NCBI GenBank assembly: GCA_044892525.1
Contig: CM097888.1
Span: 28,520,001 to 28,584,000, forward strand
Direction: 5' to 3'
Origin: Schmidtea polychroa
Lineage: Eukaryota
Length of the DNA stretch: 64,000 nucleotides
Below the pieces are notes generated by a model, which saw nothing but the letters and a program-made list of their open reading frames with translations, was not told the DNA's origin and ran no database searches. This document shows, piece by piece, positions 24,560 to 37,827 of this stretch. Both the position numbers and the translations under genes were made by a program. Each line of letters starts with the position of its first letter. The first letter of the stretch is position 1.

Positions 24560-25474
24560 CTAATTGCTTTCAACCAATTTCTTTACAGTTTTCTTTGTTA
24601 AAGATGCTTTAGATAATGGTTTCATTCCTTTCTTAATTACAGATTTTTCTACTGGTTTCTTGGTAACAGTTTTAGGATCCTTTTCTGTAACTTTTTCTTT
24701 CATAACTTTCTTAACTTTTTCAACTTTACTATCTTTTACGACTTTCTTTTCCTTTTCTACTTTACTGTCTTTTACGACTTTCTTTTCCTTTTCTACTTTA
24801 CTGTCTTTTACGACTTCCTTTTCCTTTTCTACTTTACTGTCTTTTACGATTTTCTTTTCCTTTTCTACTTTACTGTCTTTTACGACTTTCTTTTCCTTTT
24901 CTACTTTACTGTCTTTTACGACTTTCTTTTCATTTTCTACTTTACTGTCTTTTACGACTTTCTTTTCCTTTTCTACTTTACTATCCTTTACGACTTTCTT
25001 TTCCTTTTCTACTTTAACGACTTCCTTTTCTTTTACATATTTTTTTTTTGGTTCAGATTTTTCAGTTAACTTGGCATCAATTGCTGTATCCATTTTCTTT
25101 TCTGAAACTCTTTTAACTACAATTTCCTTCTCTACATTCTTTTTTTGATCATTGTTTTTGGCAACTTTCTTTTCGCTGACCTTATCTACTATTTTCAAAA
25201 CTGGAGCTAATTTAAAACTTCCAGATGCTCCTTTTGCGTTACCCGTTCGAATTAAAATACCCTTTTCTACAGCAGAAGTAATTGCTCTTCTTAAGAATGG
25301 ACCGTACTTTGCAATATCGATGTTATGAGTTTCTACCAAATATTTTTTTACCTTACTCAAAGAAACACCTTTACGATTCGCTGCAGCTTCAATAGCAGCT
25401 TTTACCATATCAATTGCAGATGGATGAACAGGTTTAATTATAAGTTTGTCAAGTTTTACAACTGCTTCACTCAT
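24560..25474 (-). CDS. H1: Linker histone H1 variant, 304 aa, intronless, with a 12-aa tandem repeat in the tail
   Basis: H15 globular domain HPSAIDMVKAAIEAAANRKGVSLSKVKKYL...KGASGSFKL and a Lys-rich tail. Confidence 0.9.
   Translation of the reverse strand: MSEAVVKLDKLIIKPVHPSAIDMVKAAIEAAANRKGVSLSKVKKYLVETHNIDIAKYGPFLRRAITSAVEKGILIRTGNAKGASGSFKLAPVLKIVDKVSEKKVAKNNDQKKNVEKEIVVKRVSEKKMDTAIDAKLTEKSEPKKKYVKEKEVVKVEKEKKVVKDSKVEKEKKVVKDSKVENEKKVVKDSKVEKEKKVVKDSKVEKEKKIVKDSKVEKEKEVVKDSKVEKEKKVVKDSKVEKEKKVVKDSKVEKVKKVMKEKVTEKDPKTVTKKPVEKSVIKKGMKPLSKASLTKKTVKKLVESN
24722..25015 (-). repeat. 36-bp coding tandem repeat, about 8 copies (KVEKEKKVVKDS)
   Basis: Unit tttactgtcttttacgactttcttttccttttctac on the + strand. 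Confidence 0.95.
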
Positions 25475-27749
25475 TTTTAACTTTTTTAATTTGTTAAAAT
25501 TTAAAAAATATCAATTTAGTTAAATAAATTTAAAATACCGCAACGTAATATATATTTTAAAATTTTAATTATCAAATTTGATAAAAATATATGATGATGG
25601 TCGAAAAATGTTCAAAATTTCTAATGTAGTTCTTACTCAATTTTTCTGAAAACGAGAATTTATTTTCTATTGATACTCATTTTCATTTTATCAAATTTTT
25701 GTCTAATTAAAATATAGATTATCTTAAAAAATCTTCAATCAAAATTTGTATTTCTTTTTTAAAATAATTTATTCATTTCGTAAAAAAACAATTAAAAACA
25801 AATTGACATTTATTTGTAATAATTTATTGAAATGAAAGAAAATATTTACAAAATCATTTATTTTTGTCAAAGTAATAATGAAAGTCCATGTGTTGAAATA
25901 TTTGGGTACCACAATGTCTTTCAAATTTAAAATATTATTTTATATATCCCAGCACAATCATGTATTACTCAACAATGATTTAATATTGAAATATTTTTTC
26001 GTAATGAAAAAATATTTAATGACCTATTAAAATACATTTTATTTCAAAATGCACTTAAAAGAAAAATTATTTTTTTTACTATGACTTCAACAGACTACAC
26101 ACACAATACACACAGATTTTTCAATGATTCATAGTCAAGCTTTTTTAATAAATACAATGGAAATAAATCATTGATGAAATTTGAAGAAAAACTAAAAAAT
26201 ACAGTACATGTGCCATTGAAATAAATAATAAACGATGATATAAAATGAGGACCCATAAAATCAATCAAGCATATATTAAACATTAATTATACGGTTTACG
26301 TAATAAGGATTAGAATATCCAGATACAATTACATTACATTTTGTTTATTGGAGTGAAGATGAAGCCGAACATTTGTGTTTGTTAAAATTTTAATTTTGAT
26401 TTTTTGTTAAAATGAAAATTAATTTTAATTTCATTAAAACACGAATACAGATGACTGATGAACAAAGAAACAAAAAGATTATTGACATTGGGTTAAATGC
26501 CTAATTTTCCAAAACAGTGAAAAACATTTTGGGTTATTTAAATATACCACCTAGGTATTATTTACGGTTAGGAAACACTAGGCATTTACTAGGCAATATT
26601 TAACCTTTTATTAACTATCCATTCATATGTCTCCCCTGGGAAATATTGGTCATTTGAATTTTATATTAATTCTCTGCATTAAATTTATTTTTTATAATTT
26701 TAAAGCAATTTTCCTAGACTTTTTAATCATCTAATGCTTATATGTATTCATTTAAATTTTGATTTCCAAATCAAATTGTTAATAATTAAAAGCTAAATTT
26801 AACATAATCAAATTATCATAAAATAATTTTGAATGAAAATTTAATACTATTAAATGTCAAGGTCACAGTAATAGATGAAAAACTAATTATGATTTATTCA
26901 CAAGCATTAATTTCTAAAATCGATCAATCAATAAGTTATATTATTAATTTAACATAATAGTATTTTTTAAAAGCTGACTTCTATGTTTATTCAGGAAATT
27001 AGGACTTTGTATTTACTGTTTGTGTATATTTGGGATTTTGATTTATTATTAATGTTTTCAATGCAGATCTATAAGCAAGATAAATTTGTACCATTCAACT
27101 TACATCTTTCCATTTACGGGTTTACCCAACAAAATAAAAAATGATTTGCTTGGAATTTTCATGAACAATGGATCCCTGTCGAGTGATATGTTATCACAAG
27201 TATGATTATTTTTGGTTTTAATTTGAGGTATCTAGGCCATAAACCGCTTCGTTTTGTGGATCCTTATTCCTATGTAATAAGATCACTATAAAACATTGAA
27301 TTATGATAAAATAAATAGATTCTACAGGGACTTTTGAAACAAAATATTTTGACCCTATCACTGAACTGGCATCAAATAAATTCATTAAAGTTTGATATTG
27401 ACAAATCAAGAGGTTCCATTTCTATATTTAAATTTGGTGGTAAAATAATTCCACACTCTTCATTTCTTTCTAACTAAAATTTTCTAATATATCATTTCTA
27501 AAACTTTCTACATGAATACGATGGTCAAGTAAAAGGTCCTCTTGCTCAGTCAGCGATCGAGCTAGTAAAATAATTGTTGTTATTTTGTAAGTAATGCTTG
27601 TAAGTAAGTAAGGCTTATAGTATAAGAACATGAAGAAAAGAATTCATTAGAATAAATAAAGGAACCAGTCATTCCAAATTGAGATTGACTTTTATAGTAC
27701 AATAGAAATAAAGCACTATTTGCTTTTTAAAATTGCCCGTTAAAGACCT

Positions 27750-28260
27750 ACGTTTCCACGATAAAATGTCACCATTTTTGCTAATTTTTTTTGCACATCA
27801 ACAAAATGCACTGGTATTGCCAATAGCACCTTCGCGACAGATGCCAGGAAATCGTGGTAGCATTGCTTCCAAGAAAGATGGCAAGGAAATCACTTTAATA
27901 TCATTAGATTGAAAAAATTGAATGTAGGCTGCTCAGTTATCTTTGCACATGATCAGTCCATGGAACACAGAAATATGTTGCTCAATAGAAGTAGGCAGAA
28001 TACATACTTGCTGAAGATTGAGAACACGTATTGCTTTATAACAGTTAACTTGAGAACAATCCGTTAACTGAATCAAAAGCAAGGATGATATTAATTTACC
28101 ACATCGGTTAGCAATGTAAGCTACTGCCGATTACAGATATTCTTTTTTTTGAAAAGTCTTTCCAAATTGCAGAGCTGCATATTGTTGTCGGCATTCAGTT
28201 CCAATACAGCAAATTCCAGCAAGGATATATATACTTGCTGGAATGATGACGCAACAAAGG
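27750..28260 (-). pseudogene. Degenerate hAT transposase C-terminus (dimerization domain)
   Basis: Minus-strand WKQCYHDFLASVAKVLLAIPVHFVDVQKKFSKNGDILSWKRRS resembles the W..P.LA.+A..L.+P..S+D+ER.FS..L+.KRR pattern. Confidence 0.45.
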
Positions 28261-28519
28261 CATATACCCGGGGTATTTTTCTTTTTTCTTAAGGTAAAAT
28301 TTTAAAGTCAAAGTCGATTTTAGACAATTTTAAGGTCAAATTTTAAACAAAGACATGACTCATCATTTTAAACAAAGACATATGACGTAACAAAGACATT
28401 TAACGAAACAAAGATATATGACTCATATTTTGAATTTCCAAAGGTCAAATAAGGTCATACATTCAAACAAGTATATAATTCGAAAGATCTTGAAGAGCTC
28501 TATACCCTACCTTCGACCA

Positions 28520-28596
<77 letters not shown>

Positions 28597-28601
28597 TATT
28601 A
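28520..28601. repeat. (ATT)n microsatellite
   Basis: Direct reading. Confidence 0.98.
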
Positions 28602-29131
28602 TTCGAGTTTATTCGACAAGATATTTTGTTCCCCTATGGATACTGCTCACTTTCAAGCCTATACATTTATTAAACAATAATTTAACAATGATTTACTTAT
28701 ATTATTTATATTATTATTATTAAAATTATTATTTGTAGACACATTGCACTGAGTAGCAATAACGCATTCATTTTGTATCGAATCAAATCTCTTCTGTTTT
28801 ACATTTAAACTAACCAATCAGAATCATAACCAGTATTAGTATAAATAAAACATTTAAAATTATTGTACAATGTCACAATCAAATTTTGCTGAAAACATCT
28901 TAAAAGGTTTGGTTAATGAGAATATCGATCAAAACCTCAGTTTCCTAGTTAAACACACTGAGAAAATCATCGAGGGAAACCATGTCGACTACCATACCAT
29001 GCGTGATATGGAAATTTTATTTCAATAGGATCTTCGACATTCTTTTCGATGAAGTGTATCAGAATAATCATAGGTTTTACCTATATGAAGATTATTATAG
29101 ACAAAAGTCTATACGATGCTGACCACTATTA

Positions 29132-29287
29132 NNNNNNNNNNNNNNNNNNNNNNNNNNNNNNNNNNNNNNNNNNNNNNNNNNNNNNNNNNNNNNNNNNNNN
29201 NNNNNNNNNNNNNNNNNNNNNNNNNNNNNNNNNNNNNNNNNNNNNNNNNNNNNNNNNNNNNNNNNNNNNNNNNNNNNNNNNNNNNNN
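29132..29287. other. Assembly gap (N run)
   Basis: Run of N. Confidence 1.
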
Positions 29288-29969
29288 AGTTTTCGCCATG
29301 GATCGATGGTACACACTAGCTGAACTTACCCAGAACGCTCAAGAATTTGAGCAAGCCAAAGAAAAATCCAAACGTTATATGCCACTAACCATGGGAGTTG
29401 TTGTAATATATGTAATGTGTAAATATTTAAATAAAAGTTAATGTTGTTATTTCTAAATATTATACTTTAAATTACATTTTCTGAAATATTCATCCAAACT
29501 AAAATTTATTAACACATTTACATTAATCATCTCCGCATTTCATAACATTTTTAATAACATGATCTACAAAATCGTTATATACACGCGGTTCAGTATCCTT
29601 AATATTTTCAGTTATATAATTCGTAAATTCCTCCTTAGGTTCATCAATTTGTTCAGCTATTTCCTCACCAGTTTCATCAAATCCTGAATCTTCACTCTCG
29701 GCTACCCAGCCTATATTTAATGCATTTGAAACAGATAATATATCCTCCATTTTTACACCAGATATTTCTGGTAATTTTGCCAACAAAAAATTGATTAAAA
29801 GTTCTAAACAATAAATAATTTGATAATTAACTAATCATATTAACCCTTTTCTAACGTCATTATTAACACTTTAAAACTATAGAATGTCTTTGTTAAAGTT
29901 TGCATGTGTTTTGCATTGATATTGCAAATAAGTGAAAAACAAATATGACTAAACACATTTATTAAATAC

Positions 29970-29971
<2 letters not shown>

Positions 29972-30050
<79 letters not shown>
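29972..30050. repeat. (TA)n microsatellite
   Basis: Direct reading. Confidence 0.98.
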
Positions 30051-30052
<2 letters not shown>

Positions 30053-30421
30053 ACATTTATTAAAATAATTTTTTGACATATATTGACATTTAATGACATA
30101 ATTATCCAAATAGGAGATTACACATCATTATTATCAACTTTATATCCTTGGATTGCAATTGTTATATACCAATTTTCGTTTTCGTTGAAACTGATTTCAT
30201 CAAAAGAATCATAAAATCTTGCATATCGGTTGTTGAACCATGTATGTTGATTACATGATAGATTCGAATCTAACCGTTTGAAAACCTGATCAATAGATTT
30301 AACATCTATCATTGAAAGTGTGCCGGATAAGAATTGAAATTGAGTAGGAATTAACTTGATCGGTGCCATCAATTTCCGATCATAACATGCTCATAACCGG
30401 CTAGAGCCATTAAATTTCTTA

Positions 30422-30889
30422 GGGATTCCAGGTATGTCTTGGAATTCCACCTTATTAACTTTAAACTCTCCAATTGAGCTACTCACCGATATGGAAATGT
30501 ATAACTTTTTCGAGGGCGGTATCCGTGGCGGACTAACTTTTGTAAATAAATACTATGTAAAAATAGACCCGGATACCGCATTGCTTTACATAGATATAAA
30601 TAATTTATATGGTTGGGCCTTAAGTCAACTATTTCCATGCAGTAACTTTGATTGGGTTACAGATGACAATTTATTAAATAATATAATTGATGAGTGCACA
30701 ACGGTAGATTTAGATCTGCTTGATTATGGTTATACCATAGAAGTTGATTTAGAAATACCGACGTCAATTCGCGACAAACTGGACGATTTTCCCGTTGCCA
30801 CTGAAAAGATGTGTGTACTGGGTTCCAAAGTTGAGAAGCTGCTGCTTACACACAGGCCCAAGAGAAACTACGTTATTCATTGGCCATGA
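30422..30889 (+). pseudogene. Protein-primed DNA polymerase B fragment (Polinton/adintovirus type)
   Basis: PGMSWNSTL..IELLTDMEMYNFFEGGIRGG, YIDINNLYGWALSQ..FDWV, GYTIEVDLEIP, KLLLT..KRNYVIH; truncated. Confidence 0.85.
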
Positions 30890-31440
30890 CGTGTAGAGAT
30901 GATAAGCGAAATTGGGTGGATAAAAATCAAAGTTTGACATATGGCCATTATAGCGGATGTGACACCGATATATTTATAGACAATACTCCAACAGAAGATG
31001 TCACGAACAATTGGACAGAATCCTACAGGCCGTATAATTTCCATGATGATCATTATTTTGGACATTATTATTTTAGATGATGTTGGCGAATATTGATTTA
31101 AAAAAATGAGAACGAACAATCGGCCCTCTTCAGGGCCACCAATCGTGATTGTGCAAATATTGCGAAATCAATTAAAACTAAAAAAGTTTATTATTATAAT
31201 AGTCGCTAAAATAGAACAATGATGATGACTGTTTAGCTGATGGCGATTAACCATAATGAATGTGTTATTGCTACTTAGTGCAATGTGTGTACAAATAATA
31301 ATTTTAATAATATTAATATTAATAATATAAATCATTGTTAAATTATTGTTTAATAAATGTATAGGGTTGAATGTGAGCAGTACTTTGTGTACAGTAACCT
31401 TGCGAGCAGTACATGTAGGGGAACAAAATATCTTGTCGGA

Positions 31441-31681
31441 NNNNNNNNNNNNNNNNNNNNNNNNNNNNNNNNNNNNNNNNNNNNNNNNNNNNNNNNNNNN
31501 NNNNNNNNNNNNNNNNNNNNNNNNNNNNNNNNNNNNNNNNNNNNNNNNNNNNNNNNNNNNNNNNNNNNNNNNNNNNNNNNNNNNNNNNNNNNNNNNNNNN
31601 NNNNNNNNNNNNNNNNNNNNNNNNNNNNNNNNNNNNNNNNNNNNNNNNNNNNNNNNNNNNNNNNNNNNNNNNNNNNNNNNN
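31441..31681. other. Assembly gap (N run), at the position where the left arm carries the (ATT)n tract
   Basis: Run of N, symmetric with 28520-28601. Confidence 1.
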
Positions 31682-32049
31682 GGAGCTCTTAAAAATCTTT
31701 CGAATGATACAATTGGTTGAAGGTCTGACCTTATTCGACCTTTGGAAATTCAAAATATGATGAGTCATATGTCTTTGTTCCGTTAAATGTCATTGTTACA
31801 TCATGTCTTTGTTTTGAATCATGAGTCATGTCTTTATTACGCCATGTCTTTGTTTAAAATGATGAGTTATATGCCTTTGTTACGTCATGACTTTGTTTAA
31901 AATGATGATTCATATGTCTTTGTTTAAAATTTGACCTTAAAATGGCCCAAAATCGACTTTGACCTTAAAAGTTGACCTTAAACTATTCTCAAAATGACAT
32001 TGACCTTAAAATCTTCTAATTGATGGGATAGGGAATCGTTGATAACTGG

Positions 32050-32900
32050 TCAAATTGAATTACTTGTAATGGTTTATCCAGTGAATATTTATTCAGTGTT
32101 TACAAAAAGACATTTACAACAGCTATTAAAGCCTTGATTTACTATATGGAACCAGCAAGTTGAATGAATTGAGTAAGGGAGGCGTAAATGCAAGTAATCA
32201 CGATAAGCTTTCAACATATAGGATGCATTGTCTAATATAAATGCTTTCACATGATCATATCGAATACTTTATTCATAGAGCGAATAAACTATTGTCTGTG
32301 AAATTGTTTGGTGATTTACTGACTCCAATAATGCTACTTTAACAATCTTAGGATTAATAACACTTGTAATGTCCAGAACTTTGAACATAATTCAAACTAC
32401 TACTCTGTAATTTACATACGATAATAGCGATATCTTTTTCAGAAGTCCATGTCTTCAAATACTCCTTTTCTTTCTCATAAGGAAGTGGTAGATATATTTT
32501 ACAGAACTGAGGAATGAAGACCCTATTCACCTTTTCTAATAAGATCTTGTCTGCTGTAAAAACTGAGACAATTGAAGTAATCTAAGATTCGTTTTTTCCT
32601 TGACTTTTATCTGAGTAAAAGCCATTTCATCCATGATTATTTACTTCTTTGTATCCACGTGTAACTACTTTGACAGGTGATCTTTACTTTTAAAATGATC
32701 CACAATCGTATCTTTTTTGTATAATCAATGAACTCTTTACATCAAGAATAGAATAGTATCCAACCGTTAACATTCTTGGGCATCTCAAAATGATCAACAG
32801 TTTTGTTAAGCAATGCAAGCCTTCGCTTTATCTCCCTTCGCACATCCACATTCACAATTTTCTGCACATTTCATTTACTGTACACTATGAAGTACGTACA
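32050..32900 (-). pseudogene. Degenerate hAT transposase (CGGBP1-like subfamily), N-terminal/catalytic part
   Basis: Minus-strand KIVKVALLESVNHQTISQTIVYSL and IRYDHVKAFILDNASYMLKAY...LPYSIHSTCWFH (D...CxxH), with stops and frameshifts. Confidence 0.6.
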
Positions 32901-33493
32901 CGTTAGTATTTGTTTATTAATGAGTTTTACCAAAAAATCATATAAAGACTAAAAAATCAATAATCTAACATTATAGAAACATACATACTTACTTTGGTTT
33001 AACGCTGATGTTCTCATTAATTGTGCAATGAGATACATCTTACACTATAGAAATCTAAAATGTAGTAGAAAAATTAAATATTACACACAAACACAACACA
33101 TACTAAAAAACACATGCAAACTTTAGATATATAGAAATGCACCGCCGAGATACGTTTCTATAATAACTTTATTTTAGACAATTTTAAAAAAAAATGATCG
33201 CGGAAAATGTTTTAAATGTATTGTTAAACAAACTATAAATATATATATATATTTTCTTTTATAAATATATTCTTTTTAGAATATCATATTTTAAACTTTA
33301 TTGTTTAAATTTGAAAGTAATTTCCTTGACTTCTAATTCAAATTCAACGAAAATTTCACATTCCACTTTATAAAGTCATAAACCTTTTCCCGGGTTTAAA
33401 CGCGCACACCTCGCAGAGACATAAAACTAATTTGAATAAAGATTTTATTGTAAAGGACATTGAAAGAAATAATGGATATATTTGATCCAGTTG

Positions 33494-33832
33494 TCAATGT
33501 TCCAACAAAAGCACTGACACTTGATCTGGCGATTGTTGATTGTTCTTGAATTTTGGCATGTAGACTCCAGTATCGTAAGATGTGAAAGTATTTGAATCTT
33601 TATCTGGAATAGCTTTGTTAATTAATTCCTTTTGACTGAAGACGGATGGGTCAGTCCGGTTTTGGTAACAAACTTTATCATGATAATCGCTAGAATTAAG
33701 AATTAGTGTTCTAAGGTAAATTTCTTGGGTTGAATAGAAGTTTTTCAACAGAGAGATTGACAGAGAGATCACTATCAATAGAGAGATCACAGCTAAGAAA
33801 ATGTAGGCTTCCGTTTCTTGAATGTTTGGCAT
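33494..33832 (-). CDS. Hypothetical 112-aa protein with an N-terminal hydrophobic segment
   Basis: ATG-to-stop ORF with YIFLAVISLLIVISLSISLL; no recognisable family. Confidence 0.35.
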   Translation of the reverse strand: MPNIQETEAYIFLAVISLLIVISLSISLLKNFYSTQEIYLRTLILNSSDYHDKVCYQNRTDPSVFSQKELINKAIPDKDSNTFTSYDTGVYMPKFKNNQQSPDQVSVLLLEH

Positions 33833-34572
33833 ATTTTTTTATTGGTTCTGATGCGATTTAATGCTTAAGAAGTCGAATGATTCATGAATTGTTTTTTATT
33901 GTTTGTTTTTTTTGAAAAAGAAAAGATTATTTAAACGATGATTTTAATTTGATTTAGTTACAATTAATTTAATTTTAATTCATTTAATTTAATAATATAT
34001 TTTAAGTTTAATTATAAAATTGATATTTTTATTAATGTGGAAGTCAGAGGCACTACAAACCCATTTTTTCTTTTCATCTTTTTATTCAGTTAATGCGGAA
34101 AACTAGAGGCTCTGGTGATTAGTAAGTATACAATAACCAAAACATCATTTTATTTGATAAGTCAAGGATATTGGATTTTTATTATTATTAAATAAATTTA
34201 ATAAACTATTTTTTACAAGATGGATTAATTTATTGCATAAATAGTGTAGAATTAGTAGAATTATATATAGTGGAAAGGCCGGCCTACAAAAAGAAAACGT
34301 ATATGAAACATATTCGAATGTATCCACGCCCGTTTAGGTCAATTACAAATGATTTCTAATAATTTTGTGTTTCATCAATTTAGTATATAAAAATGCCCGT
34401 CAAAAAATGTCACATGAAAATGATGTATAAATTGCATCCTTATATATCCGATTCCGGATGTTTATTAAGATTTTTGTATTTTATTTTATTATTTTGGCAC
34501 TGATGATAATTTATTAATTATTTTATTGCTTATATTAACAAAATTAATTAATAATATTTTGAATTTTCCCAG

Positions 34573-36083
34573 CTGGTTAACCATGATACAAGGCGGATAG
34601 ATTTGTCCTACTGTGAGCCATCGGATCAAATGCTGCAATGTGTCAAATCTTGCACAAATCTTAACAAAATGATTGTTAATTCAATTTCTAAAACTCACCC
34701 ACAAATTTCTGATTCAGGTTATATTTACTTATGAAATCTTTATTTTGAAATGGTGTAAAAAATGTTTAAAATAACAAAAAAATTAACATGGGGTATTCGG
34801 ACATCATTTATTATACTTAGTGGCCTGATCAGACTCTGTCAATTGTGGAGTCAATGAAAGAGTTGTTCTTTTAAACCAAAAAAGATGTTGCTTTCATATT
34901 CATAAACCAATGTAACAATAATACGTATGACAATGAGGCACTTGCATTCTGTAAAGAAATTAATAAATTTAATACTAAATAAAACCTAACTAAAATAATG
35001 TTAGATTTTTAAATAAATAATTATTAGCCAACGGTTGATCACTGTCTGACTCCTCGTCTTCTTATATCAATGAAATACATAACAAAAACACCCAACATAT
35101 TTTTAAAATAAAACAATATAACAATTAATTTTAATAAGGGTTAACTTCTCTGGTGTGTGGTATTAGGATTCTGAACCAAAATAATAATGTACAACAGTTG
35201 AATATTTCGTTTATAATTGAGATATCATGCTCTCCTTTTGATTTCTATTACTTACTTAAATTATTCCTCTTAATCCATTCTCATTTAGTTCTTTCTATAC
35301 ATGAGATGAAAGCCGAGCTTCTGATTTAATTTCTCTCTTTATATTGTTACAATATTGTATATACTCGCTTATAAGTCGAGAAATTTACGTCAAATTTTCA
35401 AGTGAAAATAGCCACTTGACTTATACGCGAGTCAAAAAACGTACAAATGAATTTTTAATGAAATCGTTAAACCTATTTTTATTTTTGTTACTTCGACTTA
35501 TACGCGGGTTTCCAATTACTATTGATATAGAACTATGCATTTCTATCAACTATATACTATGCTATGAATTGTAGAATTAAATAACCAGATTTTATTTTAA
35601 TGGCACCGCTAAAAGCATGAATTTCTAATTAAATTGTCTGTGAATTGCTAAATTTTATAATATCTTACTGAGTTACTTAATAAATTGCTATATATTTTAA
35701 ATAATCATGTATTTCTTAATAAACAGCCTAAGAATTTGCTGTATGGTTTTTAAATAATCGTGTTTTATTAAATTGTATATGGCATTGCTAATTATTTTAA
35801 AAAATAAAATAATGATTCAAAAAGAGAACAAAGTACAAATATCACATGGTACTCCTTTGCTCTAATCAATTTCTAATTTAAAATATAAGAAAAATCAATA
35901 GTGTTTTCTTCTGTTATCTTCTCAGTATATGATACTAAGATTCGTTTACTTACAATTATTTAATTTTCTTCTTCATTTTTAAGTACTCCAATGAGTAAAC
36001 TTATAATAAAATTGGTGCTGTTCATTTTAATAAAAAAGAAATCGTCATTTATACAAAAAATGTATGAATCTGATTGGGTATTG

Positions 36084-36144
<61 letters not shown>

Positions 36145-37827
36145 TAATTAATTCATTTTAATGATATAGTTTCTATAATATTCTATGATATTCGTTTTAT
36201 GATATTTTACAACATATCAGATTTTCATTTTTTCCAAACTTTATTTTTCCATAAAAACCTTCAAATGACCCTAACAATATCTTGGTTTATCACAATAAAC
36301 ATTCGGGTACCCTATAAAAATCTCTTCGAAATGAGCTATTGAGCTCCGAAATACTTTATCAGGAACTTTCAATAATCAACTTTTAGATTATTGATTCGAC
36401 TCTTAACAGTTGTATTTACAGTTGTATTTATTATCCCGTATTTATTGCTCATTAAACACATTTACTTTCTACCCCCAACAGTATTAAAATTATATAGTAC
36501 GTGTGTGTCTTTGACCTACTTTGACCTAGCGAGCCCATGCTTTTAAAGTCGATTTGAAAAATCAATAAATTGGGTTGACCTACATAATGTTTTCGTGACC
36601 TACATACAATTTGGATTGATAAAACTTAGAAATTTCTGCCTGTTTCCGTCACGATTGTTCATACTGGTAATCTAAAAATAAACGAAATAGCACAATAAAT
36701 AAAAAAATTTATAGGCGTTTATTAAAATGTCATGCACATTAATATCTGATATATAATATATAACACATTTCTGTTCCAATATTAAATATATGGATACAAG
36801 TCACAAAGTATAAACTGATAAACAGGCAATGACATAAATAACCAACCAATCAGAGGATAAAGGATGAGAGAGAGACGTTACTAATCTACTCACGTTGTTA
36901 TTGATTTTCCGCTTATTGGTTGTAAGAGAAACAAAATTCTGATCTATAAATTTAAAAAAAACGGAGGCAATCGGTCTTTTTTACTGTGACTTTCATTCAT
37001 TCATTTTGATAATAGTTTTAGTTGAGGTGTTATTAATAATTTGTTTAATAATGAAAATTACATAGTTGTGGGAAGTCCCGTCTAGGTGGGTGGGCCAGGG
37101 CCCTGATCCTTCTCTTAATCCGTCCTTATACTAACCCCACATCGCCATCAATGTAAAATAAAAATTTTTGTATTTTATCCCTTAAATTTGTCGATTCCTA
37201 CATTATGGCTTTTAAACCATTATTCTTAATAATGTATCTAAATTAAAGTTTTATAAATATTTGTTATTAAATTTAGTGTAAAAATATTTATTCAGGTGGC
37301 AGCGTTCATTAATAATAAATTAATTAAGTTCTTAACAAAACATAATTGAGAATTTTATTAATTATATAACCCAATTAAAGTTGTTTTAGTTATTCAAATT
37401 ATCCTTAAAAATATTTATCGGTCGTATGAAAAAAAACAATTTTTTTCAAACAATTGAATTAGAATGCAATTGATAAACCCAGTTCTTTCCGGAAAATTTA
37501 ATTTTTGTTCATTTATTTATACAAGTGACCTAAACGATAAAAAATTACTTAAATATTTTAATATTTATAATTTTTAAAAATAAAATTGAATTTTGATTTA
37601 TAATTTAAGGATTCCTTCACGTTATAACTAATTTAAAATATCTAACTACTATAAGATTGAGAAAATGTGAAAAGCTCAGAGATTTTTCAATTACTACAAT
37701 GGCCCAAACATGTCCTAACTTGGTTGTGGTTGATTTGAATGATTGTTATAAACTTACGGATGTCGCTTTAATCGAGTTGGGGAAAAGATGTTCCAAATTA
37801 CTGAAACTTTCTCTATGTGGTACACAG
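34573..37827 (+). CDS. AMN1: AMN1-like leucine-rich-repeat (cysteine-containing LRR) gene, internal exons 34573-34717 and 37610-37827
   Basis: LVNHDTRRIDLSYCEPSDQMLQCVKSCTNLNKM..ISDS|GFLHVITNLKYLTTIRLRKCEKLRDFSITTMAQTCPNLVVVDLNDCYKLTDVALIELGKRCSKLLKLSLCGTQ aligns by eye to AMN1 (TLDLRSCDISD...[26 protein letters not shown]). Splice phases are consistent; first and last exons are not resolved. Confidence 0.7.
35357..35510. mobile_element. Short Tc1/mariner-superfamily MITE-like remnant in an AMN1 intron
   Basis: Inverted repeat ctcgcttataagtcga / tcgacttatacgcggg, with an internal copy ttgacttatacgcgag. Confidence 0.45.
36085..36139. repeat. (AAT)n microsatellite
   Basis: Direct reading. Confidence 0.98.

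Larger units (their letters stand above)
28290..31990. mobile_element. Internally deleted Polinton/Maverick-like element with long, internally repetitive inverted arms
   Basis: ~28290-28770 is an inverted copy of ~31255-31990 (aaacaaagacatgactcat subrepeats; ttgtagacacattgcactgagtagcaataac vs its reverse complement). The interior carries a protein-primed PolB fragment. TSD not found. Confidence 0.7.

Noticed and set aside
24722-25015. 36-bp repeat as a possible CRISPR array
   Set aside because: The repeats are contiguous with no spacers, lie in a coding frame, and the context is eukaryotic.
24564-25148. 194-aa hydrophobic repeat ORF (FSFSTLLSFTT)n on the + strand
   Set aside because: It is the exact antisense of the H1 Lys-rich repeat.
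28418-28723. Poly-isoleucine ORF
   Set aside because: Translation of the (ATT)n microsatellite.
29049-31768. ORFs spanning X runs
   Set aside because: Artefacts of assembly gaps.
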